Origin: an uncultured Gemmatimonadaceae bacterium
Lineage (GTDB): Bacteria; Gemmatimonadota; Gemmatimonadetes; Gemmatimonadales; Gemmatimonadaceae
DNA: 64,000 nt
Assembly: GCA_963740355.1 (NCBI GenBank)
Contig: CAVUDW010000002.1
Coordinates: 864,001-928,000, forward strand
Direction: 5' to 3'
The position numbers and the translations under genes are program-made. Below, piece after piece: positions 40,714-51,574 of the stretch (its first letter is position 1; each line of letters starts with the position of its first letter). The notes beneath the pieces are model-generated. The model was not told where the DNA came from, made no database searches, and was given only the letters and a program-made list of their open reading frames with translations.

Positions 40714-41370
40714 GTGTTCACCGAATTGATCGACACGCTGCGCTGTCCGAATGCTCACGAGGATAGCTGGCTGGTGGCCACCAGCACGCGCAATGAGGGT
40801 CGACACATCGTCGAGGGCCGACTTGGCTGCCCGGTCTGTCGGGCGACGTTTCTCATCGTGGGTGGCGAAGTCCAGTTCGGCGACGCCTTAGGCGCGCCGA
40901 CGCTCGATGTGTTCGACGATGACGCGGCCTTCCGCCTCGCCGCGCAGTTGTATCTGCTGGAGGCGCCGGCCCCGGTGATGCTGGTGGGCCGCTGGTCCGC
41001 CGCGCTGACGCCGCTGCTTCGCCTGCTACCGACGGTGAAGTTCTTCGTCGGCGATGCGCGGCTACCGATCCCGCTCGACGATCGTGTCAGCGGCCTGCGA
41101 TTGCCGTCTGAGCGTTTCCCGTTGGCGGCAACCTCGCTGCGCGCGATGGCAATCGATCAGGAACACGCCACGCCTGCACTGGTCCTCGATGCCTCGCGCG
41201 TCCTGCGCACCGCCGCACGCCTGGTGGTGCCGGTCGGAACACCACTCGACCCCGCGTTCTGGAAGCCGATGGCCAGCGATGCCGAGGTGCAGGTCGCCGA
41301 ACGCCTCCCCATCGCCAGCGCCCCCATCCAACTCAAGCGCGCCCCCTCACATCCACTCTTCGAGGTGTGA
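40714..41370 (+). CDS. Hypothetical protein with Trm112-like zinc-ribbon N-terminus
   Basis: LRCP..H...EG.L.CPVC...F.I..G; C-terminal half resembles a decayed methyltransferase fold. Confidence 0.65.
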   Translation: MFTELIDTLRCPNAHEDSWLVATSTRNEGRHIVEGRLGCPVCRATFLIVGGEVQFGDALGAPTLDVFDDDAAFRLAAQLYLLEAPAPVMLVGRWSAALTPLLRLLPTVKFFVGDARLPIPLDDRVSGLRLPSERFPLAATSLRAMAIDQEHATPALVLDASRVLRTAARLVVPVGTPLDPAFWKPMASDAEVQVAERLPIASAPIQLKRAPSHPLFEV

Positions 41371-41377
41371 GCGCAAC

Positions 41378-43258
41378 TCACTCCGTGGTGTTCGGATCGT
41401 CGTAGAGCGCATCGATCACGCCCTTGTACTTCTCGTTGATCACGCGACGCTTCACCTTCAGCGACGGCGTGAGCTCGCCGCCGTCGATGGTGAACTCATG
41501 CTCGAGCAACGCGATCTTCTTCGGGGACTCGAACTTCGCCAGCCCGGTCATCTCGCTGCGCACCTCGCGGTCGAGCTTCTCGATCACCTGCGGATTGACC
41601 AGCATCGCCGCGCGGTTCGAGGTGTCGATCCCCTTGTGCGTGGCCCAGCGCTCGACCTGGTCCCACGACGGCACCACCAGCATCACCGGGAACTTGCGCT
41701 TGTCGCCGATCATCACGGCCTGGCTCACGAACGCGTTGGTGACCACGGTGTTCTCGATCGGCTGCGGTGCGATGTTCTTGCCGCCGGCCGTGACGATGAT
41801 GTCCTTCTTGCGATCGGTGATGCGAAGGAAACCGTCCTGCATCGCACCGATGTCACCGGTGTGAAACCAGCCATCGGCATCGATCGCTTCGCGGGTCGCT
41901 TCCGGGTTGCGATAGTACCCCTTCATCACACTTGGCCCGCGCGTCAGGATCTCGCCATCGGCGGCGATCGCGACTTCGACACCTGCGATCAGTTCACCCA
42001 CCGTGCCGACACGGATGTTGTTCAACCGGTTGACCGAGATCACGGGGCTCGTCTCCGTCAGGCCGTATCCCTCGACCAGTGTCAGGCCGGCCGCAACGAA
42101 GAACTTGTTGATGGTCGAGGCCAGCGGCGCACCGCCACTGCACGCAACACGCAGCCGCCCACCGAGTCGCGCCTTGATCTTGCTGAACACCAGCTTCTGC
42201 GCCACGGAGTACTTCCAGGCCAGCAACGCTCCCGGATCGCGCTTCGCGAGATACGCATCAGCCCACGCGTCGGCCACGCCCAGCGACCAGTGAAAGATCG
42301 ACTTCTTGAGGCCGGAGCCCGAGTTGCCCCCTTCCATGATCCGGGCATACAACTTCTCGTAAATCCGCGGCACTGAACTGAGGATCGTCGGCCGAACCTC
42401 GCCGAGATTGGCGGCCACCGCATCGATCGACTCGGCGTACGCAATGGTGCACCCGCCGGCAAACAGCATGTAATGACCCGCCATGCGCTCGAAGATGTGC
42501 GACAGGGGCAGGAAGCTCAGCGCCACGTCGTCGTCCTTCGGGTCGAGCACCTGCAGCGACGCGAACACATTGCTGTACAGGTTGTCGTGCGAAAGCATCA
42601 CACCTTTCGGCAGGCCCGTCGTGCCACTGGTGTAGATCAGCGTGGCCAGGTCATCGGGCTGTGTGCCGAGGGCCGCTGCCTTCCAGCTTGCGGCGCGTTC
42701 CGCGAAGTCCACCTTCGCACCCTGCGCGATGAAGTCACTCATCGTGATGTCGCAACCCACGGGCGCTGGCGTACAGAAGCTGATGACGGTCTTGAGCGCG
42801 GGCACATCCGGTCGAATGCGTGCGACCTTTGCCGCCTGATCAGGAGACGAGACGAACATCGCCACCGCGCCGCTGTCGTTCAGGATGTGCACCATCTGCT
42901 CGGCCGGCAGCGTGGGGTAGATCGGCACATCGGCGAGGCCAGCGGTGAGGCAGGCGTAGTCGGCGATCGCCCACTCTGGCCGATTCTCCGACAGGATTGC
43001 GACCCGATCTCCGCGAGACAGTCCCAGTTCCTGCAATGCCAGCGAGGTACGGCGCACGCGCTCCAGCATTTCGGCGTGCGAGATGTCGACCCAGGCGCCG
43101 CCTTGCTTGTGCCGCAGCGCCGCTGGCTTCGAAAACCTGGCCGTCGCGTCGAAGAAGAGCTTCGTCAGCGTGCCCGGTTCCGGGCGCGCGGGGCCGCGAT
43201 GCACCACGAGCGTGCCAGATGCTTCGCTGGTCTGCGGAGCGGTCGAGGAGACTGCCAT
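41378..43258 (-). CDS. Long-chain fatty acid-CoA ligase (AMP-binding)
   Basis: YTSGTTGLPKG, EGYGLTETS, FHTGDIG, TPSLKVKR; GGAGG RBS. Confidence 0.95.
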   Translation of the reverse strand: MAVSSTAPQTSEASGTLVVHRGPARPEPGTLTKLFFDATARFSKPAALRHKQGGAWVDISHAEMLERVRRTSLALQELGLSRGDRVAILSENRPEWAIADYACLTAGLADVPIYPTLPAEQMVHILNDSGAVAMFVSSPDQAAKVARIRPDVPALKTVISFCTPAPVGCDITMSDFIAQGAKVDFAERAASWKAAALGTQPDDLATLIYTSGTTGLPKGVMLSHDNLYSNVFASLQVLDPKDDDVALSFLPLSHIFERMAGHYMLFAGGCTIAYAESIDAVAANLGEVRPTILSSVPRIYEKLYARIMEGGNSGSGLKKSIFHWSLGVADAWADAYLAKRDPGALLAWKYSVAQKLVFSKIKARLGGRLRVACSGGAPLASTINKFFVAAGLTLVEGYGLTETSPVISVNRLNNIRVGTVGELIAGVEVAIAADGEILTRGPSVMKGYYRNPEATREAIDADGWFHTGDIGAMQDGFLRITDRKKDIIVTAGGKNIAPQPIENTVVTNAFVSQAVMIGDKRKFPVMLVVPSWDQVERWATHKGIDTSNRAAMLVNPQVIEKLDREVRSEMTGLAKFESPKKIALLEHEFTIDGGELTPSLKVKRRVINEKYKGVIDALYDDPNTTE

Positions 43259-43412
43259 ACGTCCTCCGGGCTGCAAGTCCGTCACATACGAGCTGGTTTG
43301 GCGAGCCCGTCCACTGATGTCAGGGCGCTGCCGAGCGGAGGCTAGGGCACTGCGCGGGGCCGCGCCAGCGGTGTGCTACCGTCGAACGCGCGCCGCTGAC
43401 ATCGAACACTGA

Positions 43413-44201
43413 CTACGGCGTGAGGCTGAACTGAACGAGGCGCACGGGGATCTGGAGCGGGCTGCCGGGGATAGGCGCACCGAAGGCGCTGTAGGTCGCC
43501 TCGACCACGATCGTCCCGGTCCCGGTGGCTCCCTGCTTCGGGTACGCCTTCACCCGCACGGCCGCGACGTTACTGGCAATGATCGCAGACGCGATGTTTC
43601 GGCCGCCGCTCGGTGAGATGAGTCGCACCGAGTCGAGAATGGTGGTCGAAAAACTCGCCACCCGGAACGCGACGCGCAGTCCGTTCAGCGGCACGGCGGC
43701 GCTATCGCCACCCTTGTGCAGGATGCTTGCCTTCACGTCGCTGAATCGTGTCGTCGAATCGGTGAAGTCGTACACGATCGAATCACGAATCGTGTCGCCT
43801 TTCACGAGGCTCGTCGGACGCGGGACGACAGCGAAGGTTTGCGTCTGGCTCTGGAGCGACCCGGCCTGCGCCACCACCCGGACGGCGGCGGCTTCGACCT
43901 TCCCGAGCAACTGCAGCCCGCCGATCACGCTGAATGCCTTCGTCGAAATCGTATCGATGCCGACCAGCTTGATCTGCGAATCGCTGACGGTGCTGCCGTT
44001 GCTGTTGAAGGCGCGGACGGCCACCCGCGCCGGCAGCAGGTCTCCACCGCGCATGGTGTCACCAACGACGATGGCCAGTGCAGGCAGCGAGTCGAATTGC
44101 AGCGACAGCGGCACCTGGGGGTCGGTGCTGACTTCGGTGCATCCCGCCACGGCTGCGACCAGCAGCAGCGCGGCAACCGTGCCACGCTGGGCACGCATCA
44201 C
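43413..44201 (-). CDS. Hypothetical lipoprotein (Ig-like, beta-rich)
   Basis: Lipobox AVAGC; overlaps the ParA stop. Confidence 0.75.
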   Translation of the reverse strand: MMRAQRGTVAALLLVAAVAGCTEVSTDPQVPLSLQFDSLPALAIVVGDTMRGGDLLPARVAVRAFNSNGSTVSDSQIKLVGIDTISTKAFSVIGGLQLLGKVEAAAVRVVAQAGSLQSQTQTFAVVPRPTSLVKGDTIRDSIVYDFTDSTTRFSDVKASILHKGGDSAAVPLNGLRVAFRVASFSTTILDSVRLISPSGGRNIASAIIASNVAAVRVKAYPKQGATGTGTIVVEATYSAFGAPIPGSPLQIPVRLVQFSLTP

Positions 44202-44983
44202 GCGAAGTGCTCCGCCAGTCGAGCCGCCAGGTTCGTGTACGCGAGTGCGGCGGGGTCGGTGGGATTGCGGAGCACCACGGGCAGGCCGGCGGCGAAGGCG
44301 TCGGCAGCGGCGGGGGAGCGCGGGATGGCGATGTCGTACACGAGGGTCGGGGGCAGGTGCTGACGGATGTATTGTGCGGTGCGCTCGCTCGAGGCGTTGC
44401 CCGCCTGGTACATGGTCAACAATACCCCTTCCAGCGCCAATTGGTCGTTCGCCTGTAGCGCGTCCTGAATCCCGCGCAGAATCTGCGGCGTGGTCTGGAG
44501 CGCAAGCGGCTCACACTGCAGCGGAACGATGACATGCTGGCTCAGGCCGAGCACGGCGCGTACGATGCCGCCCAACCCTGGGGGGGTATCGACGACCACC
44601 ACATGGCAGCGCTCGCGCGCAACCCGAAGCAGCTGCGCCAACTGGGCGCTGTCGGTGGCGCGTCGGGTGTAATCCTCGTGCTCGGCGGCATCATTCACGC
44701 TGCCAACCAGCATGGCACGGAGCCACGGCAGCTGGGTCGGGAGGATGATGTCGCGGAGGGAGACCGTGCCGCGCAGAAAGTCGGCAAACCCGACTGTGGG
44801 ATGCCCTTTCCGCAGCCCAACGCCGTAGCGGACCGCGCCCTGGGGATCCACATCGACGATCAGCGTCTTCAGCCCGCGTCGTGCGAACGCGGCGGCCAGG
44901 TTCACCGCCGTTGTGGTCTTGCCAACTCCGCCCTTCTGACTGACGACCGCGAGCACGCGGCCGAGTGGTTGTTCAGACGTCAT
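44198..44983 (-). CDS. ParA/Soj/MinD family ATPase (orphan)
   Basis: QKGGVGKTT deviant Walker A, DVDPQG, DTPPGL, PLQCE. Confidence 0.93.
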   Translation of the reverse strand: MTSEQPLGRVLAVVSQKGGVGKTTTAVNLAAAFARRGLKTLIVDVDPQGAVRYGVGLRKGHPTVGFADFLRGTVSLRDIILPTQLPWLRAMLVGSVNDAAEHEDYTRRATDSAQLAQLLRVARERCHVVVVDTPPGLGGIVRAVLGLSQHVIVPLQCEPLALQTTPQILRGIQDALQANDQLALEGVLLTMYQAGNASSERTAQYIRQHLPPTLVYDIAIPRSPAAADAFAAGLPVVLRNPTDPAALAYTNLAARLAEHFA

Positions 44984-45584
44984 TCCCGTGACGGAGTCCG
45001 TCGGTGCCGGTGGCCTTCAGGCCGGGTAGATCGCCCTGCGCAAAATCTGACTGCATCCCGCGCACGGCCGCATGTCGCACCGGAGTATCGACCGGTTCTC
45101 TGGCGACGGCGTCGTCGGCAGTCTCTGTCACTTCTGGTTCGCCCCGCAAGCTACGCAATGTGGCTCGAGCATGGCCGATCCATCGGGCGCCGTCTGTTCC
45201 TGATGGGCCCGCTACCAGGAAGGTCTCCAGATGCTGGATCGCGCCGTCCACGTCACCCTTCTTCGCCAGCAGGAACGCCACGCCGTAGTTGGCACCGGGG
45301 TGGGTCGGCGCCGACTCCAGAATCTTGCGATAGGCGCGGATCGCCTCGTCGTTGCGGCCCGACTTGGTGAAGACGATCGCCATGTTGAGCAGGATCTTCG
45401 GATCGTCCGGGCTCGTTCGCAGCGCAAGGCGATACGACGTCAACGCACCGTCGAGGTCGTTTGCCTTCTCCAGCGACAGCCCTTCTGCGACGAAATCGGG
45501 ACGACTCGCTCCCAGATCGCGTGCGGAAGGCTGCCCACCAAGCAGGCGCGACACGCCATCGGAGACACGGCGCAAGAAGGTCAT
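44973..45584 (-). CDS. Tetratricopeptide repeat protein
   Basis: Three TPR-like helices (A..YR.AL...P); ATG 45584. Confidence 0.8.
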   Translation of the reverse strand: MTFLRRVSDGVSRLLGGQPSARDLGASRPDFVAEGLSLEKANDLDGALTSYRLALRTSPDDPKILLNMAIVFTKSGRNDEAIRAYRKILESAPTHPGANYGVAFLLAKKGDVDGAIQHLETFLVAGPSGTDGARWIGHARATLRSLRGEPEVTETADDAVAREPVDTPVRHAAVRGMQSDFAQGDLPGLKATGTDGLRHGNDV

Positions 45585-45799
45585 GGATCCAAGGCCAAGG
45601 GGAAAACGTCGCAAATCCGTGCATAGGCGCACCGACGCACGGACTCGTGATTCTGCACAAGCTACGTGCTGGGTACCACCTCCGGCAATGATGCATGCGC
45701 TGCAGCGCGAACCATTCCGAGCTACCTTCGCCAGGAGCACGAACGCGATCACTTCGATTGCGTCGCGGTTCAGGTCGCCCTGATCACGGAGAAATGGTG

Positions 45800-46330
45800 A
45801 TGCCCCCGCGCCGCACGTCGGTAGACCCGTCCAAGGGTGTGCTGGAAGTTGAATGGCAGCTCTTCGGTGAACTCTCGCGCGCCCTCGCACTCAAGGTCTC
45901 GCGGGAGTTCGATCCGGAACTGGTCATCGGCATCGCCAATGCTGGCGTGATCCCGGGAGCCACGATCGCGTCGATTCTGGATCGCCCGTTCGTATCGATG
46001 ACGGTCAGCCGTCGCTATCGCCCCGACGAGCAGGTGCGCGAGACGCCGGCAATTTTTGGTGAAGCGCCGGCGGCCGCACGGGGCAAGCGTGTCCTGCTGG
46101 TGGATGAGACGTGCGATTCCGGCGACACGATCCGGCTCGCCAAGGCCGCCATCATCAACCTCGGTGCGGAAGCGGTGAAGACGGCGGTCAGCTTCAAGAC
46201 CGGCCCCTTCGTGCCCGACTTCGCCGCCATCGCGACGGAGGCCGCCATCATCCTGCCGTGGGACAGAGAGCTGCTGATCAATGGTGAGTTGGTGCTGAAT
46301 CCGGCCTACGCCGCATACCGAAGCGCGTAG
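45800..46330 (+). CDS. Type I phosphoribosyltransferase
   Basis: IGIANAG, PRPP loop VLLVDETCDSGDT, ILPWD. Confidence 0.85.
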   Translation: MPPRRTSVDPSKGVLEVEWQLFGELSRALALKVSREFDPELVIGIANAGVIPGATIASILDRPFVSMTVSRRYRPDEQVRETPAIFGEAPAAARGKRVLLVDETCDSGDTIRLAKAAIINLGAEAVKTAVSFKTGPFVPDFAAIATEAAIILPWDRELLINGELVLNPAYAAYRSA

Positions 46331-46347
46331 CGTCGGCACACCTCTGA

Positions 46348-48433
<2,086 letters not shown>

Positions 48434-48544
48434 CTACCGATTGGTCAGCGCCACCGAAAACCGTGCTCCGCCAAGAGGGCACCGAATCGTCCCGGGTGGG
48501 TATCCTTGATAGGTGAACCTGACACTGAATCTGGGAGCGTGTGC

Positions 48545-48841
48545 ATGATCTACGAGGATGAAGAGACCATCGAAGACACCGCTGACGAAGTGCATTCGTC
48601 GCGTGAGGCTGGGACTGGAACCGTTGCCCTTGCCGTGCTGGCTGGTGCCGCGATCGGTGCCGCCGTCGCCCTGATGCTCGCGCCGCGTTCGGGACGTGAA
48701 ATGCGTCGAGTGATCCGCAAGCGCGCTGATGGACTGCGTGAGACTGCCGGCGACGTGCTCGACGACACCACGAACCAGCTGGCCCGGGAACTCCGTCGTC
48801 GCAGCCGCCAGGTTCGGCGCAAGCTCGATCGGATGGCCTGA
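48545..48841 (+). CDS. YtxH domain protein
   Basis: LAGAAIGAAVALMLAPRSGREMR signature; GGAG RBS. Confidence 0.85.
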   Translation: MIYEDEETIEDTADEVHSSREAGTGTVALAVLAGAAIGAAVALMLAPRSGREMRRVIRKRADGLRETAGDVLDDTTNQLARELRRRSRQVRRKLDRMA

Positions 48842-49002
48842 CGGGTTGGCTCGCTCGGCAGGAGTCTTGCAGGGGTGAATGGGCAGGCAGTACGGCATGG
48901 CGCGACAACGGCGAGTCACCCTTGGGGTCACTCGCCGTTGTCGTATTCGTGGTGCTCGTGCTGTACCGTGCTGCTGCGGTGCGCGCTCTCGCGGTGCCGA
49001 AG

Positions 49003-49782
49003 CTACCTGAGCTTCGCGATCAACTGTTCGCAGCTCTGCTTGTAACGACGATCGTTGAATTCCACCGCTGGCATCCGGAGCGCAGCGTCACAGGTCTCGC
49101 GCGCCTTGGCCTTCGCGCCCGTGTCTGCGTAGATCAGTGCCAGATCGAGGCGATGCGTGATGCGGCCCGGGTCCGCGGCCACCGCGGCTTCCATGTAGCG
49201 CACGGCCTCGGCCCAACTGGCTTGGTCGAACACCTTCCCCCCAAGGAAATTCCGGGCGGCGAATCGGGAAAAGCTGTTCAGTCGCATCACCTCGGCATTC
49301 CACACGCCCAACACATGCAGCGCCCCGGCATGCCTGGCGTCGAGGCGCACTGCGGTCAGTGCCTCGCTGTGGATTTCCGCAGCGAAGCGCACCCGCTCCC
49401 GTGAGCCGAGCGTCATCGCGGTGCGGCCCAGCGCGACGGCCAGCATGAAGTGGCCGTCGGCACCGCTGCCGTTGGCGGTAACCGCGCGCCGCGCGTAGCC
49501 TTCGCCCTTCTTGTAGTAGTCAGCACGCTTGGTCGCGTCTGTCGAGGCTTCGCCGAGGTCCACCGACTCGCGCGCCGCACGCCAGAGCAGGTCGTAGCTG
49601 GTTGGTGCCCCGGTGAGCGCCGTCTCGTATCGACCAAGCGCACTGGTGGCGTTGAATGCAGCGCGATCACGATCGGCGAGTTCGATCACGGCGTTTGCGT
49701 CCTGCCCGCGTGACTGAGGCGCGAGGAGGAGGCTGGCGACCATGGCCGCAAGCAATCGTCGATGCAGGTGCACTGAAGACAT
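49003..49782 (-). CDS. Exported TPR-like protein (RMDN/PTPIP51-like)
   Basis: Signal peptide, LLWRAAR, GHFMLAVALG, LGVW...L..F.R..A helical repeats. Confidence 0.7.
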   Translation of the reverse strand: MSSVHLHRRLLAAMVASLLLAPQSRGQDANAVIELADRDRAAFNATSALGRYETALTGAPTSYDLLWRAARESVDLGEASTDATKRADYYKKGEGYARRAVTANGSGADGHFMLAVALGRTAMTLGSRERVRFAAEIHSEALTAVRLDARHAGALHVLGVWNAEVMRLNSFSRFAARNFLGGKVFDQASWAEAVRYMEAAVAADPGRITHRLDLALIYADTGAKAKARETCDAALRMPAVEFNDRRYKQSCEQLIAKLR

Positions 49783-49865
49783 TTTCGCTCTATTCGAGGA
49801 CCAGCCGTGGCACAGAGATACAGACCTCCCTGCGATACACCGAGGCAGCATGGGTGGTTCGTCGC

Positions 49866-51191
49866 ATGATCCTGCGAGACCTGATCGCACGCAAGCGCGA
49901 CGATGGCCGCCTCTCTGCGGCTGATTGGCGCGACATCGCCGAGGCCGCAGCCACGGGATCGGTTCCCGACTACCAGCTTGCCGCGCTGCTGATGGCGATC
50001 TTCTGGCGTGGACTGGACGCCGCAGAGACGAGTGCGTTGACGACCGCCATGCTGGCCACCGGCAGTTCGCTCCAGCGGCCCGCTGGCGCACGACCGTGGA
50101 TCGACAAGCACTCCACTGGCGGGGTTGGCGACAAGACGTCGTTGATCCTCGCGCCGCTGCTGGCGGCGGTCGGTGTCACCGTGCCGATGATGTCGGGGCG
50201 TGGGCTGGGGCACACCGGTGGCACCCTCGACAAGCTGGAAAGCATTCCCAGCTTCCGCACCGACCTGTCGCTCGCGCGGGCGGCGGCGCAGTTGGAGGAG
50301 ATCGGTTGTGCGTTGATTGGGCAGACGGCGGAGATCGCGCCGGCCGATCGTCGTCTGTATGCGCTGCGCGACGCGACGGCCACGGTCGAGTGCATCCAGT
50401 TGATCGCGGCGAGCATCATGAGCAAGAAGCTGGCAGAGGGGCTCACGGGCCTCGTGCTGGACGTGAAGCGTGGCAGCGGTGCGTTTCTGCCCGAACTCGA
50501 TCGCGGCCTGCAACTGGCGCAGACGATGATCCGGCTCGGACAGGATGCCGGCGTCCCGGTCGTGACGCTCATCACGGCGATGGATCGCCCGCTCGGCGAC
50601 GCGTGCGGGAATGCGCTGGAAGTGCGCGAGTGTCTCGACACGTTGCGCGGTGGTGGGCCAGCTGATCTCTGGACCGTCACGGAAGCCCTCGCAATCGAGA
50701 TGCTCCGCCTCGCGCGGCCGGAGGTGTCGAGTGCCGAGGCGCGGCTCACACTGCGCGGCGCCATCACCAGTGGTGCCGCGCTGAACAAGTTCCGCGAGAT
50801 CGTGGCGGCGCAGGGCGGTGACGTGCGCGCGATCGACGACCCCGCTCGCTTGCCGCAGGCACCAGAAATCGGAGAGGTGTTGGCCGATCGCAGCGGCGTG
50901 GTGCATGAGCTGCCCCCCAGGCCGATCGGTCATGCGATCATCGCGCTTGGCGGCGGACGGACGACGCAGGAAGCGCGGGTGGACCCGTCCGTTGGGATCG
51001 TGTTTCAGGTTCGGGTCGGAGACGCGGTACGTGTGGGCCAGCCGATCGCCACGGTGCATGCGTCCACGCCCGCTGGCTTGGCGGAGGCGAGGGCGCGGCT
51101 CGTCGGGATCGTCTCCATCGGTGATGGACCGGCGGCGGCCCTGCCGTGGGTCAGCCACCGGGTCACGACGGCCGGTATCGAAGTGCTCTAG
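49866..51191 (+). CDS. pdp: Pyrimidine-nucleoside / thymidine phosphorylase
   Basis: DKHSTGGVGDK, SGRGLGHTGGTLDKLE, SIMSKK. Confidence 0.95.
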   Translation: MILRDLIARKRDDGRLSAADWRDIAEAAATGSVPDYQLAALLMAIFWRGLDAAETSALTTAMLATGSSLQRPAGARPWIDKHSTGGVGDKTSLILAPLLAAVGVTVPMMSGRGLGHTGGTLDKLESIPSFRTDLSLARAAAQLEEIGCALIGQTAEIAPADRRLYALRDATATVECIQLIAASIMSKKLAEGLTGLVLDVKRGSGAFLPELDRGLQLAQTMIRLGQDAGVPVVTLITAMDRPLGDACGNALEVRECLDTLRGGGPADLWTVTEALAIEMLRLARPEVSSAEARLTLRGAITSGAALNKFREIVAAQGGDVRAIDDPARLPQAPEIGEVLADRSGVVHELPPRPIGHAIIALGGGRTTQEARVDPSVGIVFQVRVGDAVRVGQPIATVHASTPAGLAEARARLVGIVSIGDGPAAALPWVSHRVTTAGIEVL

Positions 51192-51340
51192 CCTCGCGGG
51201 ATATCGCCCACGGCCGTCGGAAGATCTCGCCACCGGGCTCCGCCTCTGGTGTCGGCCCGTCAGTCCGGCGATCTTTCCAGTGCCCGGCGCGGGGCCACCC
51301 GTCACGTGCCGCAGTTCCGAACGCTCACACTGCCTCTCTC

Positions 51341-51574
51341 ATGCTCAAGCTTCAGGCCTTCGCGGCACTGGGTGTCGCCATTCTCGCTGCGGCCTTCTAT
51401 TTCGGCTGGTACTTCGCCGTCATGACGCCGGTGACACCGGAAACCGCTGGACTGGACATCGGCGCGTCGAACATTTCGCGACTCGCTGTCGGCGTGATCT
51501 TTGCCGCCATCATCGCGGTCGGCATTGCGTTCTTCCGTCAACTCTGGAACGGCGCCAAGAACGAAAAGCGGTAG
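51341..51574 (+). CDS. Small two-TM membrane protein
   Basis: 77 aa with two hydrophobic helices; abuts the M1 peptidase gene. Confidence 0.65.
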   Translation: MLKLQAFAALGVAILAAAFYFGWYFAVMTPVTPETAGLDIGASNISRLAVGVIFAAIIAVGIAFFRQLWNGAKNEKR

